From: Octopus vulgaris
Taxonomy: Eukaryota
DNA length: 64,000 bases
Direction of reading: 5' to 3'
NCBI GenBank assembly: GCA_951406725.2
Contig: OX597821.1
Span: 30,814,001 to 30,878,000 of the forward strand
Position numbers and translations under genes: made by a program
In this document: piece after piece, positions 13,146 to 26,394 of the stretch
Layout of the letters: each line of letters starts with the position of its first letter
How positions within the stretch are numbered: the stretch's first letter is position 1
The notes under the pieces: generated by a model
What the model saw: the letters and a program-made list of their open reading frames with translations, nothing else
The model's database searches: none
What the model was told of the DNA's origin: nothing

Positions 13146-13289
13146 TGTGCGTTTGTGTATGTATGTTTACATGCAGGTAGATGTTAAATACCAATATCTT
13201 TATTAAGACCAAGTGTGAATTGAGTGTATGAGGATAGTTTCCGAGTAAAGTAAAACTTCTATAATATGAATTGAAGAAAAATTACACAG

Positions 13290-13752
13290 GCGGCAATGTA
13301 TGAAACGCTAGGGGGATACGGACCCCTAAGCGATACATTTTATCATTGCATAGACAGGGACCATATGAAAAGCCAAAACACGTCACTTGCCAAAACTCGG
13401 TTCCAAGTACTCGCAATAGTACAACGGGTCAATCAGAAGTGAGACATGCGACTACAATAGTATAAATAATGATAGAAACATATTTTATAGTTACGCGTGA
13501 AGAATATGGTTGTCAAATAAGACAGGGACCGTACATATATAATATACCTAAAAAACCATCAGAGATGGCTTTTGGGAGGGAATAATTTTTACTTAAACAA
13601 TAAGGTTTTTTACAGCGAGTGACTCAGGTATGTGTTTCAAGCTTCAAGTAGCCGTTTTCAACGTGAAAATGCAAGTTTTACTGGTTGCTTAAGTAGCAAA
13701 AGAATTATTCTTAAAAGAATACGCAGAAAAAATACACAAAAGAGGGAAATGT
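13290..13752 (-). repeat. Fragment of ~170-bp-periodic repeat element, inverted relative to 14800-16480
   Basis: Reverse complement of 13545-13750 aligns with 14800-15010 (tgcta[c/t]ttaagcaaccagtaaaac, aagcttgaaac[a/t]catacc[t/a]gagtca). Confidence 0.75.
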
Positions 13753-13827
13753 ATATATATACCGGAGTAAATACATAAATGTGAAACAAGGTGGAAAAAA
13801 GAGTACTCAAATACCAGTGGTAGAGTA

Positions 13828-13897
13828 ATATGCTTTATTTAAAGCAGCAGAAAACAGAGAAACAGGTTTTGTTGAATTTTCTGCTGCTTCAAATAAA

Positions 13898-13903
<6 letters not shown>
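13828..13903. repeat. Inverted repeat, 27-bp arms with 22-nt spacer
   Basis: atatgctttatttaaagcagcagaaaa ... ttttctgctgcttcaaataaagtatat (2 mismatches). Confidence 0.9.
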
Positions 13904-13956
<53 letters not shown>

Positions 13957-14040
13957 AAAGTATGTGTGTAGTAGAGGAAAAAAGAAAAAAGAAGAAGAAG
14001 AAGAAGAAGAGCAGCAACAACAACAGCAACAGCAACATGT

Positions 14041-14217
14041 GGAGGCGCAATGGCCCAGTGGTTACGGCAGCGGACTCGCGGTCGTAAGAACGCGGTTTCG
14101 ATTCTCAGACCGGCATTGTGAGTGTTTATTGAGCAGGAACACCTAAGCTCCTTGAAGTTCCGGCAGGGAGGGGTAGTGAACCCCGTTGTACTCTTTCCCC
14201 ACAACTTTCTCTCACTC
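14041..14217 (+). mobile_element. SINE family B 5' part
   Basis: ggaggcgcaatggcccagtggttacggcagcggactcgcggtcg head. Confidence 0.9.
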
Positions 14218-15921
14218 GGAACTATGGTATAACCCACTATGGTGTGGCACACTTTCAGACCCTAGTCTAGATTGCGAATCCTCTGTACCACAGGATGGTT
14301 CAGCTCTCCACCCGTTAAAAGCCACCGTTTACAGTCTATCGCATGTGGTGGGTGGATCTTCAAGTTACCACACGCACTTTTAGTAGCTTAGAGTAGGCTC
14401 GAATTGAAGATTATTCTTTTGTGGCTAATGGCGCAGTCCTGATTGGAAGAAGAAGACAACAACAACAAGGACGCGAAGAAGGAAGGGAATGAAATAAGAA
14501 AGAAGGCGAAGAAGGGACAAAATAAAGAAGATAAAATTTTAAATAATTATGAAGATAAAAAAAATGATAAAAATAAAGATAAGATTAATAGTAATTGAGA
14601 ATGGAGGAGGAAGGAGATTAGGTCCATCAAAAAATAAAGGTATGTCATATTTTCGAGTGGTCAATATTAGTTGTGAGTTGGTAAAATATTACCGGTGGGA
14701 TGCCTACTGATTTGAGGTTGCCAATTCAGTTCTCACACCATGTATGGTGTATATACACATGCTTCATCTTCTACACACATGATTTTACATTTTTAAATAT
14801 GTTTTCCCCTTTCTTGTGCATATTCTTTTGTGTGAATATGGGTAAAAAATGTTTTTTGCTATTTAAGCAACCAGTAAAACATACATCTTTCAGTTTAAGA
14901 ACGGTATTTTTAAGCTTGAAACTCATACCAGAGTCATTCACTGTAAACAACATTATTATTAAAATAAAAAATATTCCCCAAATATCTCTACTCATTTTTT
15001 CAAATATATAATACTGTACCAAGAACTTTCTTTTTGTGTGTGTGTATATACATATATAATTCATTCAACTGCGGCAGTAGTTGAATAATATTCTTAAGGC
15101 CGCAATTTTCACACATGCAGCTTCGTTCAGACTTTGTTCGTGATTCAGTTATTAACCAAATTGAAAACTGTTAACATTTTTGAAGAGGGCTGGTCCCTAG
15201 CTATATTTTGGCATTAAAAATTGTGATTTACTCCAGCTGAAAAAAAGTTTACAACAAAATTTGTAGCAACGTTATAGGAGAGTAAGTAACGCTTCCTGCC
15301 AAGTTTAGATTTAAATAACGTTTTTATTTTAAAAGTAAACTATATATATCTTAAATTAAATGACAGAAAAAAAATATGAGGAATTTCATAGTTTTTGTCC
15401 CTTGCAACAAAAATTTGCATTAAAAAGGTTGTGAGTAAGATATTATGAAAAATTAAGGTAAGAAAATTAGATTCAAGTATAATTAAGGTTTTTTTTTATT
15501 TTAAAACAAACTATATTTTAATTACGCTTAAATAATAGAACTCAGTTCAAGGAATTTCATGGTAGCAATCTCATGCAATGAAGTTCTAAGAAAACGTCAT
15601 GAGTGTTTGCTTCTCAAATTTGAGGGTGAGAGTATAGTTCTGTACATTTTATGAAGAAGGGGACTTTTAAAATATGTCACCGGCATCATTGAGGTAAGGA
15701 AAATATTATCAATGACAGCACTAGGAATTTCTAGATTTTGCTCCCATTAAATTAAAAAAAAAAAATTTTATATAGTTGTATATCGATTAAAAAATAAAAT
15801 TTACACACTCATAATTTCATTGACATTTAATCTACCTTCGTATTGGGATTCTTAATGCTACAATGTTAAAATCAAGTAAAAATGTTTGTTTAATAATCCA
15901 GTTTTTCAGCTTTCCAATTAA

Positions 15922-16027
15922 GGGTTTGGGGGAGGTGGGTTTGAAGGGGGTGTGGGTTTTGGGGTGATGAGGGTTTGAGGGGTGTAGGTTTGGAGGGTGT
16001 GGGTTTGGGGGATGTGGATTTGGGGGG
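15922..16027 (+). repeat. G-rich minisatellite (~GTGGGTTTGRGGG)n
   Basis: About 7 imperfect units with many GGG runs. Confidence 0.85.
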
Positions 16028-16217
16028 ATTACTTGCTTTTATATTAATTTTTGTTTTAAACAACCTAAATTATTCAATGAAATGTAGCCACTTGTGACTG
16101 TGTCTCTATGAGCAGTACTGAATCATGTAGTAGGGCTGTTCAGAAAAGGCTGAAATTAAGTCATTATATTTTATATTACTTTTAATTTTAATTTTAAATT
16201 TATTAACAATAAAGCCA

Positions 16218-16310
16218 CAGGCGCAGAAATGGATGTGTGTTAAGTAGCTTGCTTACAAACCACATGGTTCCGGATTCAGTCCCACTGCGTGGCACATTGA
16301 GAAAGTGTTA
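16218..16310 (+). mobile_element. SINE family C head fragment
   Basis: ggcgcagaaatggatgtgtgttaagtagcttgcttac...ttcagtcccactgcgtggcac. Confidence 0.85.
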
Positions 16311-17477
16311 TATGCTTCAAATATACACATCTAATTTAATGGGGGAAAGAATATAGTAATTTTGGGCTCTGTCTCTATGGGCAGACCTGAAGGCAAGTAG
16401 TAAGGCTCCAGAAAAGGCATTGTTATAAAGTGATTATATTCTAAACTTATTATTTAATATCAAAATTAATCTAAAGGGATTTTCATCTGTGAAGTTTTCT
16501 ATTATGGGAATGTAGGCAATTTTCTCTTGTGTATATTTGATATACTTTCATAATTTTTATTGTATTCAATCATTGTTGATATATCTAGATCAGCCGTAGT
16601 CATTGCTATTTTCAGCAACTCAGAATTTCGGTAGTTGATGGTTATGACAACGTGTTGTTTGTAACCGATAGGTGAGCCATGGTGCAATCTTCAATATATT
16701 ATAAATTATGCACCAGACATGTATACTTACTTCCTGCTATACATATATATGTATGTGTGTTGGCCTTTTTTGTTCATATGCTTAAGTGCGTTTATCTATG
16801 TGCAAGTTTAGACACATATAAACTCGCACGTAATCTTCAATTCGAAGCAATGAAATAATAACTCAACGAAGCTATGTTAAAACCAAAGCAAATATAGGAG
16901 TAACCTACCCTATCAATGAAAAATGTTTGCCACCACGGATGTAATGATGCATGTGTGTGTATGGGGGTATGGGTTATTTGCAATCGATCCTAATAAAGTA
17001 ATCATTACTTACACATAATGCTCATAAAATACGATAGTGAGGTGTTACGATTTGTTTGCTTTTTATGCATACAGCGCCTAAATGATAAGATCTCAAGGTC
17101 TAGTTACGCACACATATATGTATGTGCGCATATGTATACATATGTATACTTGTACATACATACATACATATATATATATAGAGAGAGAGAGATAGATAGA
17201 TATAGATATACAGTGTATACTGGCACTCCATCGCTTAAGGCGGCGAGGGTTCTAGTTGATCCGAATTATGAAGGGTTAAAGTTGGGAACAAAAGCAGGAC
17301 AATGGAGATATACAAAGAAACCGGACGCAACCAAATATGGAGGTTATTTACAACATGCACACACACACGCACATGCACACACACACATATATTATTTATA
17401 TTATTATCTGATTGAACTCCACGCATCCATTTTCAAGTATATATATATATATATACATATAAGAGAGGGTACGTACG

Positions 17478-17528
<51 letters not shown>

Positions 17529-17540
17529 AGAGGGTACATA

Positions 17541-17576
<36 letters not shown>

Positions 17577-18008
17577 ATGGATAGATGGATGGATGTATGG
17601 GTGGATGTTTGGATAGAAAAGCCGAAGCTCTTTTGGATTCACTACTTCAAGTGAGTAATAATACCTTCCATCAAGATAAAACCTCTACTTAAATGAAAGT
17701 GGCTCGGTGCCAATATTTCAGAAATAAATTTTTTGTATGCCTAATAATAGGATGGCAATAGTTTATCAATAATTGCAGCTAAAATCTACAACAAATTATG
17801 CTTTTAAGGATAATCCATCACCTAGAATCATTACTAGGAATTAAATCAATTAGTTTTCATTCGAGAATATGAACATTGGCGATGATAATGACATTACAAA
17901 TCCCCAGAGACGGTATTAAAGAAGTACAGCTAAAAGCTGAAGCATAGTTTGTACACTTAGGCAACGATCTCGAATTACTGCGCGTGTGTAATTTCCCAGT
18001 CACCATCA

Positions 18009-18220
18009 TATGACAGGGTACTAGAAAGTTCCTGGCTTTAAGGGTATCGCGAAGTGTATGGTTGGAGGTCCAACCTTCTGTGTTCATTTACAGGGCTTAG
18101 AGAACCTGAAAGACCGATGCAACAAATGTGTGAATTTAAGAAGGGGATATGTTGAATACAATCATAATTAATTGATCCTCCTCTATTTTCTTTCAACCCA
18201 AAACCAGGAACGTTTCATCC
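18009..18220 (+). mobile_element. Internally deleted mariner derivative (MITE)
   Basis: Imperfect TIR-like ends (gaaagttcctggctt / aaaccaggaacgtttc) after TA; internal GLENLKDRCNKCVNLRRGYVE resembles the mariner transposase C-terminus. Confidence 0.7.
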
Positions 18221-18231
18221 GTTTGTGGGTA

Positions 18232-18426
18232 TGCTCTTTGCTCTTTTGCTTGTTTCAGTCGTTTGACTGCGGCGATGCTGGAGCACCTCCTTTAGTCGAG
18301 CAAATCGACCCCAAGACTTATAATTTGTAAGCCTAGTACTTATTCTATCGGTCTCTTCTGCCTAACCTTTAAACACACCAGCATTGGTTGTCAACAATGC
18401 TAGGGGGACGAACACAGACACACAAA

Positions 18427-18515
<89 letters not shown>

Positions 18516-18680
18516 ATATACGACGGGTTTCTTTCAGTTTCCATCTACCAAATCCACTCGCAAGGCTTTGGTCGGCCCGAGGCTATAGTAAAAGGCACTT
18601 GCCCACGATGCCACGCAATGGGACTAAACCCGGAACCATGTGGTTGGTAAGCAAGCTACTTACCACACAGCCACTCCTAG
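18232..18680 (-). mobile_element. SINE family C
   Basis: Colinear with 11781-12192, with an expanded internal (CA)(TA) tract. Confidence 0.92.
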
Positions 18681-19460
18681 GTCTATAATGTATGTATGAA
18701 TGCATGAATGTTTAAATGTATGCATATTCTATCACAGAAATGATTGACAGTGTTCATGGGATGGATTTTATTATCTTTTTATAAACCCTTCCATTTGGTG
18801 CGGGTTATCGTCTTATTTTGATCTATTTTCGGATGAACAATCGACGTAGGTTGTGCATGGGGTTAACCAAGTACAGTCATTTATGCAGCTTGTGTATATA
18901 CAACATTTAGAAAGGTCTGCAGTAGTAAGAACAGTGGCTGAAAGAAATGAGCACTATCTCTAAGTGCAACATATAATATAATTTTAAGTGAATTTATAAT
19001 TTCCCTTCCGATTTTAATGCGGTTCTTCATTGCTTGTGTATATCATTGTTCTTCGTCATCAACTTTGCCGTCTTCATCAGCGTCACCAACATCATCCTCC
19101 TCCTAATCATTATCAACATCGCAATATGAGTGATCACTACTATAATATGGGTCACAATTTCGCTTTTGTAGTTAGTAGATCGAAGCTAACGCGTTTTGTA
19201 ACTCTGACACGAAATGATTTCCTCAGCCTCTTTGTTTTTGCCTCTCTACCTCTACTGTCCTGCCTCTTTCTTTTTCTCTTTCTCTTCCATATTTATCAAC
19301 TTACATAGGCATACATATCTGATTTTATAAAAACCTACATATATACACAGAAACACACATACGTACATATACATACAAATACACACGCACACATATACAT
19401 ATACATACGCATATTTATACACACATATACATATACATACGCATATTTATACACACACAC

Positions 19461-19509
<49 letters not shown>

Positions 19510-20649
19510 GCATACAGGCACATGTGAATAATCACTGTGTCTTTCACATCTCAAGAGAAAATCGATAATCGATCAACAGTCACATTATTAATTTTCCTTC
19601 TGTCTTGTACAAAATTATTTTTCAAAAATACAAAAAAAAAAACGAAAACAAAAACATAAGATCGCACAAAAATAACTATCAAAAATATAGCATAAATAAT
19701 CATATAAAATTTCAAGTATTCGACTCTATTGGTCTAAATAACGCTAGTTAACTTCAAAGCTTGTTCGTTTTGACTTTGTAATGTTTACCCATTACTTCAC
19801 ACGTATGCTTCTATGAAGCTGAACAATTAATTCTGATACAATTTCATCCCCAAATTATAACAAATATTACAGTCCGATTATTCTTATGAATTATACATGG
19901 TTCACGCCCTTCTTTGATATAATTTTATTGATTTAGCTATATTTATGCTCTTCTCGCGTTTCGTTAATAATCATTGCTGATCAATCTATAACCATTCAAA
20001 ACTTCTCTTTTTTTATAAATAAATAAATAAATAAATGGGAACGGGAAGAGAAGAAGAGAACACTGACCACATTTCTTTTCATTTCTCCTTTTCTCTTTTT
20101 ATTGTTCTCTCTATCCCTGTGTCTTCGTCACGCTCTCACATCTTGGCTTCCTTCTTTATTTGATTAAGCAAACATTGACCGGTTATTTTATCATTTGTCA
20201 ATATCTATTCTGGAGGTTAAGGTAACGATTTGACTTATCAAAATAGGGGAAAAAAAGAAACCTTGGATATATGCTTAATGAAACGCATTACAACAAAAGG
20301 GTTATTGACTCTGCGATCTAGGATCAAATTTCACCCCTGTCGATTATGCTTGAACAATGTATTCCATGCATGCACACATAAATATGTACATACATGTGCA
20401 ATCACCTGTAAATGCATATAAAATTACAAAGCTCTGGAAGGAAATTTGGTGGGAGAAAATATGCGTTTTTGATAGGAAAAGATGGGAAACGTATCAAAGT
20501 TAATAAATAAAAGGCTTGAAAACTCAGTCTTTACTCTCTGGGAAACGGAGGCTGCGAAAGCGTAAGACACAGCAAGGGAAATAACTGGTGTCCTGTCAGC
20601 ACCTGCACGCCGGAATTCATCCACATATAGGCGAACAGTGCCGTATGTT

Positions 20650-20960
20650 TAATTCAGACGGCTATGTGAAGCTGCTGGAAACTAGTCAAGCCCTGGCTGA
20701 AGATGTTAGATGATGAAATGCCGTATATGTGGTAATAGGATTTGTTGCCCAATTACTGGACTACAAATTGTGATGATTATACTCTCATCAATTGTAATGT
20801 ATGCTATGCATGTGAGAAAGACACCAACCGCACTGCCTGTAACACCTACACTAAGCTGGGGGACGAGAACATGGATCTTGCCCGGGACACAGTGCAGAAC
20901 GCTTGCGCCAGGATCCGGTGTCTCATTGACACCGTGATGGCAGATGATGATGGAAAATGT
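20650..20960 (+). pseudogene. Decayed Tc1/mariner (maT/DD37D-like) transposase fragment
   Basis: NSDGYVKLLET..KPWL, PYMW, CEKDTNRTACNT, DLARDTVQNACARIR..D.V.ADDG; homologous to 35735-36110. Confidence 0.75.
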
Positions 20961-21603
20961 TTCAGAAAACTATCATCTGTAAGCCATACCTATACGATAT
21001 ATATTGATTTTTAAAAAAATATTTATTTTTGGATGGGATATTGTTTTGAATTTCACCCTCCTGTCAAACGTAACTCAAACAGATTGTATATATATGTGTA
21101 ATTCATAATTACACACACACGCACACACGCGCGTACATATACACACGTGTGTGTGTGTGTGGGTGGGTGGGTGTGCTTGTGTGTGTAAAGAAATAATTCA
21201 CCGCCACTAAAAGTGACGCAGGGTTCAGGTAGCACCAGTATTGTCTTACTAAAGCGTACAATGTTATATACAGCAAGAAAGAGAATGAAAATATCAATAA
21301 GATTAAAGTTGGCTATATGTGGTTCAGTAACATTCCACTTTGAGGCACATTAGATATAGATGACTATGTGAGAGAAATTACTTGCGGACTCTATAATTGT
21401 TCCTATGGTTCAACAGTATATATATATCATATCGGATACAATGCTTAGTGGCATGTTTAAATTTTTAAAAAATAGTAATTATAGCATATAATCATCTTTC
21501 GGTAATGTGGTTCGAAACGAAATGTTGGTAAAACAATTGCAAGCACTATGAAACTGCTACTATATTATAGTACTGAGTCTTCCACTTCTAATTTATATAT
21601 TAT

Positions 21604-21715
<112 letters not shown>

Positions 21716-22289
21716 GTATGCGCTGAAATTCTGACACTTCTAACAAATGTCAGTCACATTACCTTTCAAATTATCACTATATTTCTTGCCATTAAAATGA
21801 ATTTTCATCTAAATTAACTGAATTGAAATTCCTACATCCGTTATAGTGGACGAGATTTATATATCGATATTGCAAGTTTATCTTTGACATTTGTATATAT
21901 TAAATTGCAAATTGAGATATATGAAAATAGCAGCTTACACAAAAATGCAATTATGTCTTATCTCAACTATAATCAATGGACAATATTGTTTAGAAGCTGT
22001 CCTTGGGCAAAAAGAGGAAAAGAAATTAGCAATGCTAAATCCAGGTGACACGCGAGAAAAAATGCATGCGTTGCGCATAATAGCAGATTGAAACCATGAC
22101 ACTTAGACTTTGCGAATTATCCGTATTTTTATATCTGTCACAAGACATATATTCGTTTTAATAAAATGTTCCGCACAGAAATATTTATTAGTACAAACAC
22201 TGCAACAAATCTAATATCATAATTTCTGTTAATCGACACTACATATATATATAATTATATGTACATAAACATACATGCAATATACATAC

Positions 22290-22342
<53 letters not shown>

Positions 22343-22497
22343 CATAACATATATGTATGTATATGTGTGTGTGCATGTAAGTATGTGTTACGTGAGCATG
22401 AGTGTGCATATATGTCAATGAATTTCGATAACAGCATATATGAAAGTTGTAAATTAATTTCAATTACTTGATTTCATTATATGTTTATTTTTCTGTT

Positions 22498-22547
<50 letters not shown>

Positions 22548-22716
22548 CCTGTGTTCAATTTTAAAGTAATAAGAATATATCATAGTTATGCGTAAATTTG
22601 TTGTATATTTTAATACATATCATTAAAAATATTTTTACCCATGCAAGTAGACTTGAAGATTTTAATCACATACACACAGACGTAAATGTGTGTGTGTATA
22701 TGTGTTTGCGAGTGTG

Positions 22717-22755
<39 letters not shown>

Positions 22756-22828
22756 ACATCTATCTCTATATATATAGTCAGAGAGAAAGAGAGAGAGAGA
22801 GAGAGGGAGATCTGTATATATGTATATA

Positions 22829-22899
<71 letters not shown>

Positions 22900-22900
22900 G

Positions 22901-22960
<60 letters not shown>

Positions 22961-22970
22961 CATACATACA
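22717..22970. repeat. Compound (TATC)n/(GA)n/(TA)n microsatellite
   Basis: Direct observation. Confidence 0.95.
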
Positions 22971-23701
22971 CTTATATAGTTTTAAACGTCTTGTTTCCTT
23001 TTAAACATTTAAATATTTTAATGTCCAAATACTTATTTCTAAATTTAATTCATCTTTCCTCTACATAGCAACAAATGTGCGTGTGAAAGTGTGTTTTCGT
23101 ATGTTTCTATGTATACATCTGCATTTATGAAAAATAAATTTGTTTGGCATTCCTGTAATTAAAATATATTAAAAAAAAGCGATTCAGTTTTATGTTACCG
23201 TTGTTTTTATAGAAACGTAATTAACTAAATGAAAATATAATAAATATAAATATTTTCTTCCTCTCTATTAACGCAATGTATTTCTGTTGCGTATTTACTA
23301 ATTATTCTAATGACCTATTCCGAAAAAAATTATAGCAACTGGAAATTCTGAACTTGTCGTCACTAATATGTAACATGTGAGTCAAAATGCAAGAGCAAGA
23401 TATCATATTTGTTTACGTTCTGTTATCGTTAACCGTGTATCTATTTTCGTATCTTAAAGTATAACATTATAAGACGTAACACGACTTCATTATTTTAGCT
23501 TAAATGCCATCACGAATCGATTTTTAAAACCTTTAGTATCTTCCTTACCATCCCAGTACATCACTTTATTCAAACGCTCTCACAGAATGTATGATCCCAT
23601 GAGTATCATACGATTTACTACAGCTACAATGAACCAGGCATAACTGACCGAAAACTTGTACTATTTTACTTGTTTTTTTTTTTACTGACATGGTATATCG
23701 C

Positions 23702-24106
23702 CTCTCTTTACTCTCTTTTACTCTTTTACTTGTTTCAGTCATTTGACTGCGGCCATGCTGGAGCACCGCCTTTAGTCGAGCAAATCGACCCCAGGACTCA
23801 TTCTTTGTAAGCCTAATACTTATTCTATCGGTCTCTTTGCCGTACCGCTAAGTTATGGGGACATGAACACACCAGCATCGGTTGTCAAGCGATGTTGGGA
23901 GGACAAACACAGACACGCAAACACACACACCCATATATATACATATACACGACAGGCTTCTTTCAGTTTTGGTCTACCAAATCCACTCACAAGGCTTTGG
24001 TCGAGGTTATAGTAGAAGACACCTGCCCAAAGTGCCATGCAGTGGGACTGAACCCGAACCATGTGGTTTGTAAACAAGCTACATACCACACAGCCACTCC
24101 TGCGCC
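23702..24106 (-). mobile_element. SINE family C, full length
   Basis: Colinear with 11781-12192. Confidence 0.92.
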
Positions 24107-24328
24107 TATATAATTTTTATAAATAAATTTTTGCCGCATAACATAATATATGTTTCGTGCACTCCAGGCTGAATAGAATGTTCTGGATTTTTTTTAAATG
24201 AGCATGTGTGAGCTCAAAGACTCCATTAAATACTAAGTGTGTTTTAGGGAGTAAGTATTCGCTATAAACATAGAATCCACTAATCATATATCGCTACTTA
24301 CATGGTTAGATGAATGGTATTCTTAATA

Positions 24329-24801
24329 CGAGCTGGCAGAAACGTTAGCACGCCGGGCGAAATGCGTATTCGTATTTCGTCTGCCGTTACGTTCTGAGTT
24401 CAAATTCCGCCGAGGTCAACTTCGCCTTTAATCCTTTCGGGGTCGATAAATTAAGTATCAATTATGCACTGGGGTCGATGTAATTGACTTAATCCGTTTG
24501 TCTGTCTTTGTTTGTCCCCTCTGTGTTTAGGCCCTTGTGGGTTGTAAAGAAATATATATTAGAAACTTGAGGCGGCGAGCTGGTAGAAACGTTAGCGCGC
24601 CGGGCAAAATGCTTCGCCGTATTTCGTCTGCCGTTACGTTCTGAGTTCAAATTCCGCCGAGGTCGACTTTGCTTTTCATCCTTTCGGGGTCGATAAATTA
24701 AGTACCTGTTAAGTACTGGGGCCGATGTAATCGACTTAATCCGTTTGTCTGTCCTTGTTTGCCCCCTCTGTGTTTAGCCCTTTGTGGGTAGTAAAGAAAA
24801 A
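24329..24801 (+). mobile_element. Tandem dimer of SINE family A
   Basis: Copies at ~24329-24555 and 24570-24801; imperfect direct repeat ggtattct[t/g]aat[a/g]cg flanks the pair. Confidence 0.9.
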
Positions 24802-25031
24802 GGTATTCTGAATGCGGTTATTTTAATAACGAATTGGCTGCGAAATACCTGGGGTACTTGTGATGATTGTTGGCAGCTCTTTGGCATTCAGTTAACTCTG
24901 TCATTTGTAGTGCTTATTAATCACACTTCTGAAAGTTAGTCGTCCACTACGGCGTGTCTTCGACATTTCGAAGTTGCTTTTGCTTATTTATGAATTGTCG
25001 TTGTAAGATAGGTCAGAAAGGCTGAAACTGT

Positions 25032-25238
25032 GCCATGATAGATCGTTAGCTCCTACACGCATTTTTCTCTCTCCTTATTTCTCTCCTTGTTTTTTTCTGT
25101 GCATCTTTCTGTGGAAGAGCGTAGGCTCGAAACGTAAAATGCTTTTTTCTATTTCTATTCCTGAGCGCTATACTGATACATTTCTTTGTTTGTACTCCAC
25201 CTGCCTTCGTCTTTTGTTTATTTTCGTAAACCTTCCCG
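25032..25238 (+). mobile_element. Penelope-like terminal repeat relic with hammerhead-like motif
   Basis: ttt-CTGTGGAA-GAGC-gtag-GCTC-GAAA-CGTA-aaa at 25106-25139; a second, internally deleted copy lies at 60898-61000. Confidence 0.55.
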
Positions 25239-26394
25239 ATAAAATATTTAAGCCGGTTGTATTTCGTTTCAATGCTAATGGAGGCGTCGGGTAAATTAGT
25301 CGATGCTTTCTGTCAAATGTAAGGATATAACTCTGGTCTAACCCACTTCTGTTCTCTTTAGAAATATGATGGATGCAATCTTCATCAATCAAAATAGCAT
25401 ACGTCTTGTTCCGGTTATATTGTAGAGTACAAATAATGTGTAACTATTCATATAATTTATGTCATGCTATAGTGTTTTAAATGCTGGTGCGGCGTCAACA
25501 GATTAAATCTCAAATTTGAAAAAAACAAAAATCAAATTAAACACTCCCCGAATTGATGACACAACGTAAGAGGAAATAAGATGTCACATAAGAACATGTC
25601 AGCTGTCGTTCGAAATTTCATATGAGTAAACACTAGAATGGGTACTTTACGAGATATTTCTATCAATATATTTCTATGAATAGAATTTTAGCATGAATAA
25701 AGGTGTATAAAAAACGATATGTCTAATACACGAAGATTCTCAATTAAGTTCCACTGCTTCCTTCTTATGAATCATAATATACCAGAATGCAATGAAAAAT
25801 AATGTTTGATGGTGAATGGATATTAGCAGGTAGAGTATTTTACACATATACGCACACATACAAACACACACACAGATGTGTATACGCACACATACACACA
25901 GATGCACGCGCGCGCGCACACACACACATGTATATATATATATATATATATACATACGTACACATACAAACGCACACACAGATGTGTATACGCACACATA
26001 CACACAGACGCACGCGCACACACATATATATATATATACACATACGCACATATATACATATGTACACAAGAACGAGCACTCACCCATACATCTCACCACA
26101 ATATTTATTTCAGGAGAATGAACAAAGAGTTGTTAGTTGCATGTACGTATATAAGCGGAATAGACTAATGCAGGTATAGAAAATAATATACAACACATAT
26201 TCTTGATTCGTTCGATTAATCTCCGCCTGTATACGTGGATTTTTCAATTGCATGAAGTAAAACTCGGAGGTGGATGGGATAAACTACCTTTATCAACTTG
26301 CTATAAAAGCAGGGGGTAATTTTACCTTGTCCTTATTCTTGATGTAATTATGAAGGGTACAGTTAAATCTAAAATTTATTTTTTCAAAGCTTTA

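Larger units (their letters stand above)
14800..16480 (+). repeat. Degenerate element with ~170-bp internal tandem periodicity
   Basis: ggaatttc at 15380/15551/15724 with shared upstream context; duplicated block at ~16097 and ~16367 separated by a SINE insert. Confidence 0.6.

Noticed and set aside
20742-21014. Cys-rich 90-aa ORF resembling a secreted or toxin peptide exon
   Set aside because: Explained as the decayed C-terminus of a Tc1/maT-like transposase, homologous to 35735-36110
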